The notes: a model not told the origin generated them from the letters alone. A stretch of DNA of 64,000 bases from Thermodesulfobacteriota bacterium (GCA_963675595.2 CAXXLZ010000002.1:1568001-1632000), one strand, 5' to 3'. Positions 17,177 to 27,946 are shown, numbered from the stretch's first letter. Numbers and translations are program-made.

Positions 17177-18818
17177 TGCACGAGTTTTTCAGCCGGTCCA
17201 CGCTCCACCCCTCCAGGGCCGACGTGTCCCGGAACACCTCGGGTCGAATCGCCCGGTAAACCCGATAGCCGTCCACGGGAGCCACATTCTCGAGCAGTTG
17301 AAATCGTTTGGACAGCGCCGGTTCGGCTATGTGATGGTCCGATCCTCCCCGGTCCCGAAAAACGACCCCGTCGGGCGGCAGCACCAGATACACGGCGTGA
17401 TAACGAGGGTCGCACACGTAATAGTCGATGTATCGGCACAACATTTCCAGGGAGGCCTTCTCCAGCTCGATGGGAACCTGCCACGCCCCCGGATTCCAAC
17501 CGAGAGGCATGTAGTCGCGATACTTGAGCAGCAAGAGATCCGTGGGTTCCAACAGGCCTTCGAGCGCATCCGCCACCGGGCGCAGCGACTCGGGTTCCGG
17601 AGGTTCGGGCTCGTAAAGGATCATGGTGTCCGGCCCGTAGAACGCCCGCACCGAATGGACGGCTTCCCACACGAGGATCGCGAGGAACATGCCGATTCCT
17701 AAGGCATCCAGCCGCGCGAGCAGTAACACGGTCCAGGGAATGAAGCACGGCGCCAGGGTGCCGCCGGCCCGACTGGCGAAATGATAGTGTCGGCGCAGCA
17801 CGGCGAACAAAGCGATGAAGAGCGGCAAATAGACCACGCAGAACACCAAGACGGTCCGGTTCATCTCCGCCCCTCCGACAAAGAAGAACACGGCCATACC
17901 GGCAATCCCCAAGGGATGAAACCAGCTCAGGGAACGGAAAAGGCCGAACCGGTGCCGTGGGTTTAGAGCGGTGGCGAAACCTTGCCCAAGCAACTCAACG
18001 ATGGATTTCAATCGTGAGGTAAGTGTCCGCCGTCGGATTTCCTCGGGCGACACGCAAAGGCGTTCGTCTTCCCGGGTGTACCCGAAAGAACGGCATTGCG
18101 CCGTCAGGACCTGCAGAATCGTGTTCTTGCGCCCCGAAACCACATCCCACACGAGCGGCGCAAGGCCTAGCGAGAACACCACGGTTAATTCCCACAGAGA
18201 AAACCCGCCCAACACGGATGAGATGAGAATCGCCGCGCACGGAACGAATCCCGAACTTTTGATGCGAACGGCGAGAGCAGCAAGCAGGCCCAGGCACCCG
18301 GCCTGCACCCAGGAAGGGTCGCTGCCTAACGCGTTCAAGACCGTCAAAGCCGCAGTAACCACGACCATGAGCATCATGTCCGGGCTCACGATGACACTCA
18401 GGTACAGAAGCACCGGCGATACGCAGAAGACCCAGAAGGGAGCCCCGGCCCACGAAGGAGTGATGAGTCGGGAAAGCCCGTACGCGGTGAGTACGGCGAA
18501 CAACAACTGCAACGTCTGAGCCCCGCGGTGGGCAGGCAATCCGGTCCATCGCAGAAACCATCCCAACGCACGGATATACGCTGTATATTCGGTTGCTTCC
18601 AGGGGATGCTTCCGCCAGGAGGGATAGTGATCAAAAGGAACCTGCACGATTCCGCTGTCTCGAAACGTCATGGCCGCGCGCAGCAAGGCGGCCTGTCTGC
18701 AAGGATTGGAGAACCTCTTCCAGAGAACGAGCCGCGCGACGATCATGAAAAACGCGGGGATCAGGATTTCAAGCCGCACGTTGGGCGTGCCCCGCATTCC
18801 CGTCGTTGGACGATACAA
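17106..18818 (-). CDS. Multi-pass membrane protein, ArnT/PMT (GT-C)-like glycosyltransferase
   Basis: Many hydrophobic segments with SPD and GLLAALAVRIKSSG motifs typical of GT-C fold enzymes, then a soluble C-terminal domain. Confidence 0.6.
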   Translation of the reverse strand: MYRPTTGMRGTPNVRLEILIPAFFMIVARLVLWKRFSNPCRQAALLRAAMTFRDSGIVQVPFDHYPSWRKHPLEATEYTAYIRALGWFLRWTGLPAHRGAQTLQLLFAVLTAYGLSRLITPSWAGAPFWVFCVSPVLLYLSVIVSPDMMLMVVVTAALTVLNALGSDPSWVQAGCLGLLAALAVRIKSSGFVPCAAILISSVLGGFSLWELTVVFSLGLAPLVWDVVSGRKNTILQVLTAQCRSFGYTREDERLCVSPEEIRRRTLTSRLKSIVELLGQGFATALNPRHRFGLFRSLSWFHPLGIAGMAVFFFVGGAEMNRTVLVFCVVYLPLFIALFAVLRRHYHFASRAGGTLAPCFIPWTVLLLARLDALGIGMFLAILVWEAVHSVRAFYGPDTMILYEPEPPEPESLRPVADALEGLLEPTDLLLLKYRDYMPLGWNPGAWQVPIELEKASLEMLCRYIDYYVCDPRYHAVYLVLPPDGVVFRDRGGSDHHIAEPALSKRFQLLENVAPVDGYRVYRAIRPEVFRDTSALEGWSVDRLKNSCIDFESLPPIKREMGEDRVPSTGD

Positions 18819-20670
18819 GGTTATCCGCTTCCGACAACTGAAACCAGGTCTCCAATACGACCAAGTTCCAGAAGAAATTCGTCTCTTTCAACGTATTCTT
18901 TTCCCTTTTCAAGAAACGATCGAGTCTTGCGGTAATAGCGCCGTGACGGTAAATCGCACGCTGTTGAAACGCTCGGCGAGACAAAGGATCGGCTTCGGGA
19001 TCTTTCAGCAGTTCTTTGAGCCAACGTTCCAAAGGAACCGTGAAACCGTGTTTGCGTCGCCGGGCAATGGGCCGGGGAATCAGGTCGCCCAAGGATTCTC
19101 TCATGAGGGTCTTGGATCCTTGGAACGGTGCTCTCAAGACCAACGGCAACCGATGCACCAATTCCACCAGGCGGTAATCCAGATAGGGGGATCTGGCTTC
19201 AATGGAGGCGGCCATGGAACCCATGTCCATCTTGGCCAGCAGGTCGTTGGGCAAATACAAACGCGTGTCCACCGAAAGCGACCGTTCGAGAAAGCTTAAG
19301 CCCTCGGAGTCGGCATCGAACAAATCCTGCGGGCGGGTGCACACCTCCTTCAATATCTCCGGCACAAACATGCTCCGCAATTCACCGAACGTGGTACCGG
19401 ATTCCCACTCCACATAGGTCTCGTAAAAAGGAACATCCAGTCCTTTCATGAGCCGGCGGACGTCCCGGTGAAGTCTGCTCAGAGCCCGACTGGTTCGGGG
19501 GAAAGCCGCCGTGGGAGACCGCAGTAGGTCCAGCAATCGGGCCGCTTTGTTCTTTCGATATCCTCCAAACAGCTCGTCCGCCCCATCCCCGGTCAAGACC
19601 ATCTTGACGCTTTCACCGGCCAAAGCGCATACGTCGTAAGTGGGGAAGAAAGATGAATCGCCGAAAGGCTCACCGAATCTGTCCATCATGGCGGACATCT
19701 TGGCCTGGAAAGTATTCCCGACCTGCCGCACGTTGTGTTGCGACCCGAAAGTACGTGCGGCCAAGCCGGCATAGCGGCTCTCGTCCTGATCCGTGTCCGC
19801 GAACGAGGCGGTCAAGCTCCTCAAACCGGGTTGGAAGCGCGCCGCGGCGCCGAGCACGGCCGTGGAGTCCATCCCTCCGCTCAGCAGGACGCCCATGGAA
19901 ACGTCGCAGCGCAACCGAATCGAGACCGCGTCAAAAAACAGGTCTCGGAATTTCTCTTCAAATTTCTCAACATGGGCGTCACCGTCGGGTTTCGGGAAAT
20001 CCCAGAAGCGCCTGGATCGCATGTCGTGGGGACTCACGCTCAACATACGGCCGGGTTCCAGCTTCCAGACGTCTTTGTAGATGGTAAGAGGCGCGGGGAT
20101 GCATAGGAAGGAAAAGAGCGCAGCCAGGGCGTCGGGGTTCACGGCGCACGGCGAACCGGGGTAGTTCATCAAGGAGTTGAGTTCCGAGGCGAAGTAGAAT
20201 ACACCCGGTGCCCGCCGATAGTACAACGGCTTTTTTCCAAGACGGTCCCGCGCCAGCAGCAAGCGTTTGCGATTCCGATCGAACAGGGCCAAGGCGAACA
20301 TGCCGTTGACCGCTCGAATGAATTCTTCACCCCGCTCCTCATACAGGTGAACCAGAGTTTCCGTGTCGCTCAACGTGCGGAATCGGTGCTCTTTTTCAAG
20401 TCGTTCGCGCAGCTGGATATAATTGTAGATTTCTCCGTTCTGCATCACCACCATGGAACCGTCTTCATTCATCATCGGCTGACTGCCGCCCTCCAAATCC
20501 ACAATGGCCAATCGTCGAAACCCGAAAGCCAGCACGCCGCCGTCTTCCCGATGAACGTAGGTGCCTTCTTCATCAGGGCCCCGGAGATACATGGGGGCCA
20601 TCATGCGTCTCAGAACGCCTTCCACGTCATCAGGCGCCGGATCGGCGTAGAATCCACAAATACCGCACAT
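18769..20670 (-). CDS. asnB: Asparagine synthase (glutamine-hydrolysing)-like amidotransferase
   Basis: MCGICG, RGPD, NGEIYN, LSGGMDS, GDGADELFGGY, KMDMGSM, RSPYLD. Confidence 0.95.
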   Translation of the reverse strand: MCGICGFYADPAPDDVEGVLRRMMAPMYLRGPDEEGTYVHREDGGVLAFGFRRLAIVDLEGGSQPMMNEDGSMVVMQNGEIYNYIQLRERLEKEHRFRTLSDTETLVHLYEERGEEFIRAVNGMFALALFDRNRKRLLLARDRLGKKPLYYRRAPGVFYFASELNSLMNYPGSPCAVNPDALAALFSFLCIPAPLTIYKDVWKLEPGRMLSVSPHDMRSRRFWDFPKPDGDAHVEKFEEKFRDLFFDAVSIRLRCDVSMGVLLSGGMDSTAVLGAAARFQPGLRSLTASFADTDQDESRYAGLAARTFGSQHNVRQVGNTFQAKMSAMMDRFGEPFGDSSFFPTYDVCALAGESVKMVLTGDGADELFGGYRKNKAARLLDLLRSPTAAFPRTSRALSRLHRDVRRLMKGLDVPFYETYVEWESGTTFGELRSMFVPEILKEVCTRPQDLFDADSEGLSFLERSLSVDTRLYLPNDLLAKMDMGSMAASIEARSPYLDYRLVELVHRLPLVLRAPFQGSKTLMRESLGDLIPRPIARRRKHGFTVPLERWLKELLKDPEADPLSRRAFQQRAIYRHGAITARLDRFLKREKNTLKETNFFWNLVVLETWFQLSEADNLVSSNDGNAGHAQRAA

Positions 20671-20758
20671 CTCGTTGCCTTTGTCCGTAATGATTCAGGA
20701 GGTGCCGGTCACTAAGAGCCTCGGTACCGAGCCTCATAGGCTTGGGGGCTTCATCGCG

Positions 20759-22213
20759 TTATATGCAATTGAAAATGTTCTTCAGGTACGCGGACGTTTC
20801 CATCTTATTGAACAGCGCGTTGTATTCGGGCCGGTTCGTCAGCAACCCCGGACCACCCCACCCACTCCGGCGACAAATCAGTTCTCGATTCGGAAACGAG
20901 ATTACTTTCCCGAAATTGATGTGCTGTATCTGATCGTGCAGAGACAAGAACAAGTCTATATAATGATTAGGTGCAGGCCGTGATTTGTTGTCCTCTCCGA
21001 GTACCGACGTGGGGAAATCGTACCCGAACTCCACCATCAAATCCTCGAACCCCAACTCTTTTAGAATTGCAAGATGCTTCCCGTCTAAGTACTTTTCCCA
21101 CTTGCCCGAACCCGGCTTAAAGTAGTGTGCCTTGTTGCTCAGCGGTTTGAATCCCGTCTTCCGCCATATGGACATGATTGTATCTTCGGAGACCTTATCC
21201 AAACCGATAAAACCGGCTATGTGTTTCAGCATATCAAAAGGTTTGGATATCACATCCTCGTATTTCACGAGAAAAGCGTCTTTGACTTGAAAAAGATTAG
21301 AATAGAAACCGTGTATCGATTCGGCAATGTCGTGAAACCATTTGTAGTCATGGATTCGAGCGTGTCCCAGCATCGTTTTGAATTCACTTTGGCTTGAATC
21401 CGGTATGGTATCCGGATCAATGTAGACGGTCGTGTGCTCGTACTTAAAGGCGTTGGAGATAATGGTATCCAACGGATTCCTTATGGGAACGAGAATCTTG
21501 TAGCCCAGCTTTCTGTGTTCGTTCACAGTTTCGGGTTCGAAAAGATCATGTCGGCTACATATCTCTTCACTTAAATGGTGTTTCGTCTTGATATCGAATA
21601 TCCGAACAAATTCATCTTTTCTCGCCCCGGAATAGACAAACTTCCCCGTGTGGGTCAGGGAATCATGCCGGACCATCAAGTCGGAGCCGATAAACAGCGA
21701 GTCCAGCGTATTCAACAGTATTTCATGATGTTCCAGAGACAGCTCATGCATCAGAGACTGTACGGGTGTTGCGGCCGTATGGGTATGGGCGCATGAATTC
21801 AAGAATTCGCCCACGACGGCGCGCAATAGAACGTTTCCGGACCCTGGAAAGCCTGAGATATAGATTCTATCTGGGAATGTTACATTAATGAAGTCGGATA
21901 GTTTCACAGGATGCAGAAATCTGGTCCGATGTAGCCGCAGAAAATTGGTCGCATGCTGCAGGACATGTGCAAACCTGCTCTGGCCCGTCCTGCTGCGAGC
22001 AATAATGACCACCGGAATCGATTCGAAATCTTCAACTTTTCTTTTGTATTCATCAGGGGAGATTACAGTCAGACCCAGATAATGATCCGTATCACTGTAA
22101 CTGTCGATAATGCATTTGCAGTTGATCTTTGCATCATTCAACAGCCCGATATACGAGTCCGTATAGTCACCCAAGCCCCAGAGGATTACCTGTCCGGTCT
22201 TTTCGTTTCGCAC
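20759..22213 (-). CDS. Sulfotransferase-domain protein with an N-terminal Rossmann-like domain
   Basis: 5'-PAPS-like GFPGSGN, 3'-PAPS RNPLDTIIS, VKYED and KPGSGKW; visibly AT-richer than its neighbours. Confidence 0.8.
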   Translation of the reverse strand: MRNEKTGQVILWGLGDYTDSYIGLLNDAKINCKCIIDSYSDTDHYLGLTVISPDEYKRKVEDFESIPVVIIARSRTGQSRFAHVLQHATNFLRLHRTRFLHPVKLSDFINVTFPDRIYISGFPGSGNVLLRAVVGEFLNSCAHTHTAATPVQSLMHELSLEHHEILLNTLDSLFIGSDLMVRHDSLTHTGKFVYSGARKDEFVRIFDIKTKHHLSEEICSRHDLFEPETVNEHRKLGYKILVPIRNPLDTIISNAFKYEHTTVYIDPDTIPDSSQSEFKTMLGHARIHDYKWFHDIAESIHGFYSNLFQVKDAFLVKYEDVISKPFDMLKHIAGFIGLDKVSEDTIMSIWRKTGFKPLSNKAHYFKPGSGKWEKYLDGKHLAILKELGFEDLMVEFGYDFPTSVLGEDNKSRPAPNHYIDLFLSLHDQIQHINFGKVISFPNRELICRRSGWGGPGLLTNRPEYNALFNKMETSAYLKNIFNCI

Positions 22214-22314
22214 TCGCCGCCCCCATTTAATTTTTCCTCAAAACACAGGATGTCGAGCCTGTAATAGTTGGAACTTTTGACGAAAGCGTCCCAGTTGGAA
22301 CGCTCGGAATAGGC

Positions 22315-22347
22315 AAAAAAGCTCCCCGGATAAGAAAGCCCGGGGGA
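22315..22347 (-). terminator. Putative intrinsic terminator inside the operon
   Basis: Minus strand TCCCCCGG-loop-CCGGGGA followed by GCTTTTTT. Confidence 0.5.
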
Positions 22348-22396
22348 ATGTCGTTCCTCCGGCGACCCTGTGAATGTGAATAAGCACAGCGTTTAT

Positions 22397-23653
22397 TCAG
22401 TTTTCAGCGTGTTTCATCATTCGGCCGCGCATTCCGAGACCACTCGATCCTTCGGACATGCCACGATTCGGTTGAAGGAGACTGCGCCCCGGCAGATTCG
22501 CGTCCGGAGAAATCCCCAGACCGTCCAACACGGTGGGAAACATATCCAGAAGCGAAATGGACCGGTCTTCGTTGGGTATTTCCAGGCCCTTCCAGGCCAC
22601 GACTCCTTTGGACGAGCCGTCCAGATAGCCGTGCATGCCCCGCACCGGTTGTCGTTGATAGTCATTGGGCAGGATGAGGGTTCCTTCTTCCACCACGGCG
22701 ATCAAATCTCCAAAACGCGCGTCAAGGCCTCCAAGACCGCCGGCTTCGCGGTCCTCGGGAGTCAGCAGGCGAGCTTCGAACGAGTCTTCCTTGATCAAAT
22801 CGGTAAGCATTCGCCCGACTTCCTCGTTTCGGACCCAAAAACGCGCCATGGTTGAATCGAGGAAAAAATCGAAATCCCTTCCCGGTATCAGGGGCCATTT
22901 CAAGATTCGTGTTTTCAGGTCGATGCATTTTCGGACCCGAGCCATACCGTGATCCGAATGCACGAGAAGACGGAACTTGATCCCCAGGCCCTCGAGGTCA
23001 CGGCAAAGAGCGGCGGTTTCACCGTCGATTTCGCGGACGAGACGCGCGATGACGGTGGAATCCGGTCCATGCTCGTGCCCCGTCGGATCGGGTTCGGGAA
23101 TGTGCACGAACACGTAATCCGGATGGGCCTTCAACAGACGGGTTAGCCTTTGGATGGGCCTTTGCGGGAAACGGGAGAAAGGCGGACCTTCGTAGTGAAA
23201 GCGGATTCCGTTCCATCGAAGATGATCGATAAGTGACGGGACCGGTCCCGGGCCTTTGAACGCGGTGAGTCTCCCGGACGTCACTGGGTGGTCGAATCGC
23301 CACAGCCTCTGAGCCGGGATGTTCTCAGGCATGGGGCAGGGATATCGAGAGAGCAGGCGCACCATCGCTCTGATCCCCGTACGCGCCCATGCGGTGTCCG
23401 GAAGCCGATAAGCCGAGAATCGTCTCAAGAATCGCAGTCTTGAATGGTGCGGGTCGCGCCAAAGGTCCGTGAAGACCTGGTTGGTTCCCGGGTAGGTGCC
23501 CGAGAAGACCATCCCTCTGGCTCCGAACAAGGATGGAATCTCCAAGGGACGTCCCGCGCCTTCTCCGATTCCTTCGGCCAGAAAGGGGGCATGGCGAAGA
23601 TACGACGCATCGAATCCGTCGAGCAGCAGATGGATCAGTGGTCCTCCGGACAT
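22397..23653 (-). CDS. Alkaline phosphatase superfamily nucleotide pyrophosphatase/phosphodiesterase
   Basis: LLLDGF, SGTYP, D..GH.HGPDS, SDHGM, GMHGY, LLDMFPT. Confidence 0.85.
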   Translation of the reverse strand: MSGGPLIHLLLDGFDASYLRHAPFLAEGIGEGAGRPLEIPSLFGARGMVFSGTYPGTNQVFTDLWRDPHHSRLRFLRRFSAYRLPDTAWARTGIRAMVRLLSRYPCPMPENIPAQRLWRFDHPVTSGRLTAFKGPGPVPSLIDHLRWNGIRFHYEGPPFSRFPQRPIQRLTRLLKAHPDYVFVHIPEPDPTGHEHGPDSTVIARLVREIDGETAALCRDLEGLGIKFRLLVHSDHGMARVRKCIDLKTRILKWPLIPGRDFDFFLDSTMARFWVRNEEVGRMLTDLIKEDSFEARLLTPEDREAGGLGGLDARFGDLIAVVEEGTLILPNDYQRQPVRGMHGYLDGSSKGVVAWKGLEIPNEDRSISLLDMFPTVLDGLGISPDANLPGRSLLQPNRGMSEGSSGLGMRGRMMKHAEN

Positions 23654-23659
23654 GATCGC

Positions 23660-25213
23660 TCAGCCCACCTCCGCGACCAGTGTTTCCAGTCTGTCGAACA
23701 ACGGGTCGTGATGGAACGTCTGGTACCGTCGTCTTCGTCCCAGTACGGCCAGGCTGTAGACGTCGTTGAGAAGCTCCTGCAACTTGAGTTCGGGTACGGG
23801 CCCGAACAGATGATGCTTGAGTCGGTAGCTTCCCCATCGCCCCAACAAGCCGTACACCTTGCCTGCGAGACCGTCTTCCTCATAGACGCCGCCCACCAAA
23901 CCGAGGGCGCGAAGGTGTTGAATTCGGCGATCGTCTTCGGCGGACAGCCAGGGCACGTTCTGAGGAAATCGCTGTTCCACGCGAATCCACTCCACCAGCC
24001 TCCGCGGCGGGCGAAAACCCAGTTCCAGTCCTTCGTCGTAAAGTTCCGTTCCTGGGAAAGGAGCGTAAATGAAAAAACCGTAGGTGAACATCTTTCCGTG
24101 AAGGGCCTTCAGTTTGGACACCAAGTCCACGATATCCATTCGGTTCCGATGTGTTTCGCCCGGAAAACCGAAAATAAATGACCCATGGAACGCAATTCCG
24201 CAGTCCGTCACTTTCCGGGCCATGGCGAACACGTCTTGGATTACGATATCCTTCTTGATATGCCGCAGCATCTCCTCGCTTCCCGCTTCGACGCCGAAAA
24301 GGAGGCGGCGGCATCCCAACCTATACAGTTTCTTCAACGTGGAGGGCTTGATCTGCCGATGATAGTCCACGCGGCAACTCACTCCGTCCCAATTAACGGA
24401 AAGGCCTCGATCCAGAATGCCCTGACAAATGTCGTCCACGCGACGTGCGTCTACGAAGAAATTGGATTCCGTGCCGAAATTGATCACCAAATCCTTTCCG
24501 TAACGGCCGGCGGGGCCGTAGGCTTCCATGTATTGATCGATCAGCTCGAGAACACGACCCGCCGACAAGGCTCTCCAACGACGACCGTAATAAAAGTTGT
24601 TGAAGCAGAATCCGCATCGGTGTGGACATCCTCGACTGGTGATGAGCGTCAGCTTTGGGTGCTTGTCCGCCATGAACAGGGGGTCGAGATGAAAGGGCAG
24701 CAGCCCCAGGCGCTCCAAGTCCGGAGGAGGACCGCAGGGCTCGCCGACCACGGTCCCGTTTTCCCGCCGGTAAACTCCGGGAATCTTGAGTTCCTTCGTG
24801 TCCGAGTTTTCTATGGCACGAATGAGGGCGGGAAACGTCTCTTCCGCCTCACCCTTGACCACATAATCGATCCAGTGATGAGACGCGGCCTCCACGGGCG
24901 TCATGGACGAGTGAACCCCTCCCCAGACCACGGGTACGTCGCTGTTCTCCTTGACGATCTTGGATGCCTGCAGCGCAAAATAGATCTGAAGTCCCGTAAG
25001 GGAGGTGACGCCAACGCAGACCGGGTGATCCTTCAGCTCCTCCTTCAGGGTTCTTCGCCAGTCCGGATCGGCTTGTTGATTGATGATGCGCACCTCATAG
25101 CCCAGTTCCACCAGCGGCGCGCTGATGGACAACAAAGCCATGGGCGTGATGATTTCGTCCGGAGTGTATCGGTGTTCGCAAAACGTCGGTTGGATGAGAA
25201 TGACTTTTCGCAT
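23660..25213 (-). CDS. B12-binding radical SAM protein
   Basis: PMALL, WGGVH, GEAE, TSRGCPHRCGFC, GVEAGS, FGFPGET. Confidence 0.92.
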   Translation of the reverse strand: MRKVILIQPTFCEHRYTPDEIITPMALLSISAPLVELGYEVRIINQQADPDWRRTLKEELKDHPVCVGVTSLTGLQIYFALQASKIVKENSDVPVVWGGVHSSMTPVEAASHHWIDYVVKGEAEETFPALIRAIENSDTKELKIPGVYRRENGTVVGEPCGPPPDLERLGLLPFHLDPLFMADKHPKLTLITSRGCPHRCGFCFNNFYYGRRWRALSAGRVLELIDQYMEAYGPAGRYGKDLVINFGTESNFFVDARRVDDICQGILDRGLSVNWDGVSCRVDYHRQIKPSTLKKLYRLGCRRLLFGVEAGSEEMLRHIKKDIVIQDVFAMARKVTDCGIAFHGSFIFGFPGETHRNRMDIVDLVSKLKALHGKMFTYGFFIYAPFPGTELYDEGLELGFRPPRRLVEWIRVEQRFPQNVPWLSAEDDRRIQHLRALGLVGGVYEEDGLAGKVYGLLGRWGSYRLKHHLFGPVPELKLQELLNDVYSLAVLGRRRRYQTFHHDPLFDRLETLVAEVG

Positions 25214-25245
25214 GGCGCCTTCTTTCCCTGCGGGCCGTTTAGTGG

Positions 25246-26676
25246 CTAAAATCGTACGTTGGCGTAGTGTCCAAAGAAACGGTTGACATAGCCGCGGGCG
25301 AAACCTTCGGCATAGGCTCTAAATCTTCCGGGTTGGGTGATTTCTTTGAGCCTTCGCCGAATGAATTCCGTGCGGAAATAGAACCGCCGGTAGGCTTTCT
25401 GAATGAAACGATTCATGTCCGCAGCCGACATGTCCGGAGGAAGCAGGTAACAGTCCGATTCACAGGCACGATCATCCAGGCATGCCTTCCAGAAATCCGG
25501 AGGATGGGTGCCCCGGGCCACTGCTTCGCGGTAGATTTCCGTTCCCGGTTTCATCATCAGAATGTTGAAATTCACCCAGTCGGGGTCGAGTTCCAACGCC
25601 CATCTTACGGATGCTTCCATTTCTTCCACGGTCTCACCGGGCAGACCGAGCATGAAATACGCATAGGTCTCCATGCCCACGGCTTGACAGGTGCGGAACG
25701 CGCGTCGAATTTGTTCAAGGGTCACCCCTTTCTTCAAGTTTCTTAGGTGCCGTTCCACACCGGTTTCCACACCGAAACGCATTTGCCTGCATCCTGCCGC
25801 TTTGAGGCTTCGAATCATTTCCCGGTCGATGGTGTCTACGCGAGCGCTCACCACCCAGCTCAGATCCAATCGTCGTTTCCGGATGAGGTCGCAAATCCGA
25901 AAAACCCGCTCCGGTTTCAGATTGAAGGTTTCATCGTAGATGTAGAATTCACGGGCACCGGCCGCACGGCAACGCTCCATTTCCTCCACCACCCATTCGG
26001 GCGAATGGTAGGTGACCTTTCGCCCCCAGAAGCCGTGGTCGCAGAAGGTGCATGTGAAAGGACATCCCCGCGAACTGATGAGGTAGGTCACCGGGTTCCG
26101 GCCCAACGCTGTGCGATAGGCGCGATTGGGGAACAGGGAACGGTCGGGATGCGGCAGTCGGTCCAGATCGTCCAGCCGCGGTTTCAAGTGCAAATTGCGG
26201 GTGTCGAGGCTCTCTTTGGACAATACTCCGGGGATCGCCTCCATGTTCTTGCCGTCGCGAATCGCTTTCACCAATTCGGGAAACGTCTGTTCTCCTTCCC
26301 CCACGACCCCAAAATCAAATGCGCCGCGTGCCAGCGTTTCCGCGGGATAAGTCGCCATATGTGCGCCTCCCAACACCGAAGTGGCGTTGGGCAGTACTGA
26401 TCGAACGATGTCGGCGGCCTCTAAGGCACCCCGCACGGCGTCCGTCATGGCGGTAACACCCACGACGTCGACGTCCCGGCCTTGCAAGGCGCGTTCGAAC
26501 TCGGCGAGAGTGCGCACTCGCACCAAGCTGTCCAGAACGTCCACCCGGAAGCCCTGCCGTTCCAAGCTCGCCGCGAGGTACGCCAAGCCCAAAGGAATGA
26601 GAGCGGAACCCGGCACGGCGTATCGGCCCGAAGGTCCGGCGGGACGGGGATGATGGCGGATAAGCAGAACGTTCAA
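25246..26676 (-). CDS. B12-binding radical SAM protein
   Basis: PLGLAYLAA, GGAH, GEGE, SSRGCPFTCTFC, GVETG, GLPGET. Confidence 0.92.
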   Translation of the reverse strand: MNVLLIRHHPRPAGPSGRYAVPGSALIPLGLAYLAASLERQGFRVDVLDSLVRVRTLAEFERALQGRDVDVVGVTAMTDAVRGALEAADIVRSVLPNATSVLGGAHMATYPAETLARGAFDFGVVGEGEQTFPELVKAIRDGKNMEAIPGVLSKESLDTRNLHLKPRLDDLDRLPHPDRSLFPNRAYRTALGRNPVTYLISSRGCPFTCTFCDHGFWGRKVTYHSPEWVVEEMERCRAAGAREFYIYDETFNLKPERVFRICDLIRKRRLDLSWVVSARVDTIDREMIRSLKAAGCRQMRFGVETGVERHLRNLKKGVTLEQIRRAFRTCQAVGMETYAYFMLGLPGETVEEMEASVRWALELDPDWVNFNILMMKPGTEIYREAVARGTHPPDFWKACLDDRACESDCYLLPPDMSAADMNRFIQKAYRRFYFRTEFIRRRLKEITQPGRFRAYAEGFARGYVNRFFGHYANVRF

Positions 26677-26767
26677 AAGATACTCGTCATAATTTCGGAT
26701 GATGGAAAAAGCGCCTGTCGAGAATTTTGGTAGCCCCTTCCTTGCCCGTGGGACGACCGTATCGGGT

Positions 26768-27946
26768 TCAAATTCGGGACGATACCGGAACTAGGCTTTG
26801 CCACCGTGCGTTGTCTCGTACGGCCTCCCGGACGCCGACAACCGGCTTGTGACCTGGAAACCATCCCATGATTTCATTGTACAGATGAACGGTTTCATCT
26901 TCGGTTCGGCGATGAAACCAGAGGCGTCCCAATGCCATCCAGGAAGCCCATATGCGCAGAAACGGCGGTTTCCGCAGTGCTTTCAGCAGGTACGCACCGA
27001 AGGGGCGTCCGCGCACAAGATTCCTGAAAGCAAAGGACGCACAATTACCCCAGAACGGACGGCCGAGCCGGAGATCGGGAAGCCTTCGGGCCATGATCTC
27101 CCATGAAAGGGCCTGAGAATCCCAATAGCGGGAAAGGTAGTGTCTCAGCCGCCGGTACAACCCCTCGACAACACTCTTCATTCGGTCCTCCAGGCCCGAC
27201 AAGACCGGCTTTCGTCCGCAGAGAGCCGATCGGGCGAAAACCAGGTCCTCCGACGAAATACCGCGACGCGCCGTGCTCCTATTTTCGTCGACCAAAACCG
27301 GAGATGCCCCTTCGTAAAGAGCGTGAGGATACGATTGGTGCCCGCCCTGATCGATGAGGTCGGACTCCAGACAGGCCCACACGGTTTTGGCCGTTCGGTG
27401 CGCCCACAAAATCTTATCGTTAATTGTCCAATATGCTTCTATCAGCCCCCAAAGGCGGTTGCACAGAAGCCGTAGCCCCTGGCCCGCACTCATGACTCCG
27501 GAGAACGAATGAGGACGACGCCCTTGGATGTCCAAACCCCAAATCGGGATTCCGGCGTCGAACAGGTTCCGATAATCCAGGATGTGCGGCAGGTGCGCGA
27601 GAGTTATGGGTGATTCCAGGGCCACGTCTACGTGCGCTCCATTGGGCAGTGACCACGACAGCTTGGAGCGTCGAAGTCGTTCCACAAGCAGACGTTGGGT
27701 GGGAACCACCGCCACGAGGTCGAAATCGCTGATAAAACGAATGACTCCCGATGCATCGCTAAACGCACAGAAGTCTCCTGTGCTGAAGCTGCCGTAAAGG
27801 ATCAGGGCCCGGAGACCTGGAATCCGTTTTCGGGCATCCTCTGCGATGCGCCGTAACGTGCGGACGATTTCATCACGCACTTCCGGCGCCGCGCACGCGT
27901 AAAATTCCGGAAGACGGACCCCGTGGGTCCCGATGGGTCCGTTCAT
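26768..27946 (-). CDS. Nucleotidyltransferase-domain protein (DNA polymerase beta-like superfamily)
   Basis: ILYGSFSTGD...ISDFDL signature and a third acidic residue in VDV. Confidence 0.72.
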   Translation of the reverse strand: MNGPIGTHGVRLPEFYACAAPEVRDEIVRTLRRIAEDARKRIPGLRALILYGSFSTGDFCAFSDASGVIRFISDFDLVAVVPTQRLLVERLRRSKLSWSLPNGAHVDVALESPITLAHLPHILDYRNLFDAGIPIWGLDIQGRRPHSFSGVMSAGQGLRLLCNRLWGLIEAYWTINDKILWAHRTAKTVWACLESDLIDQGGHQSYPHALYEGASPVLVDENRSTARRGISSEDLVFARSALCGRKPVLSGLEDRMKSVVEGLYRRLRHYLSRYWDSQALSWEIMARRLPDLRLGRPFWGNCASFAFRNLVRGRPFGAYLLKALRKPPFLRIWASWMALGRLWFHRRTEDETVHLYNEIMGWFPGHKPVVGVREAVRDNARWQSLVPVSSRI

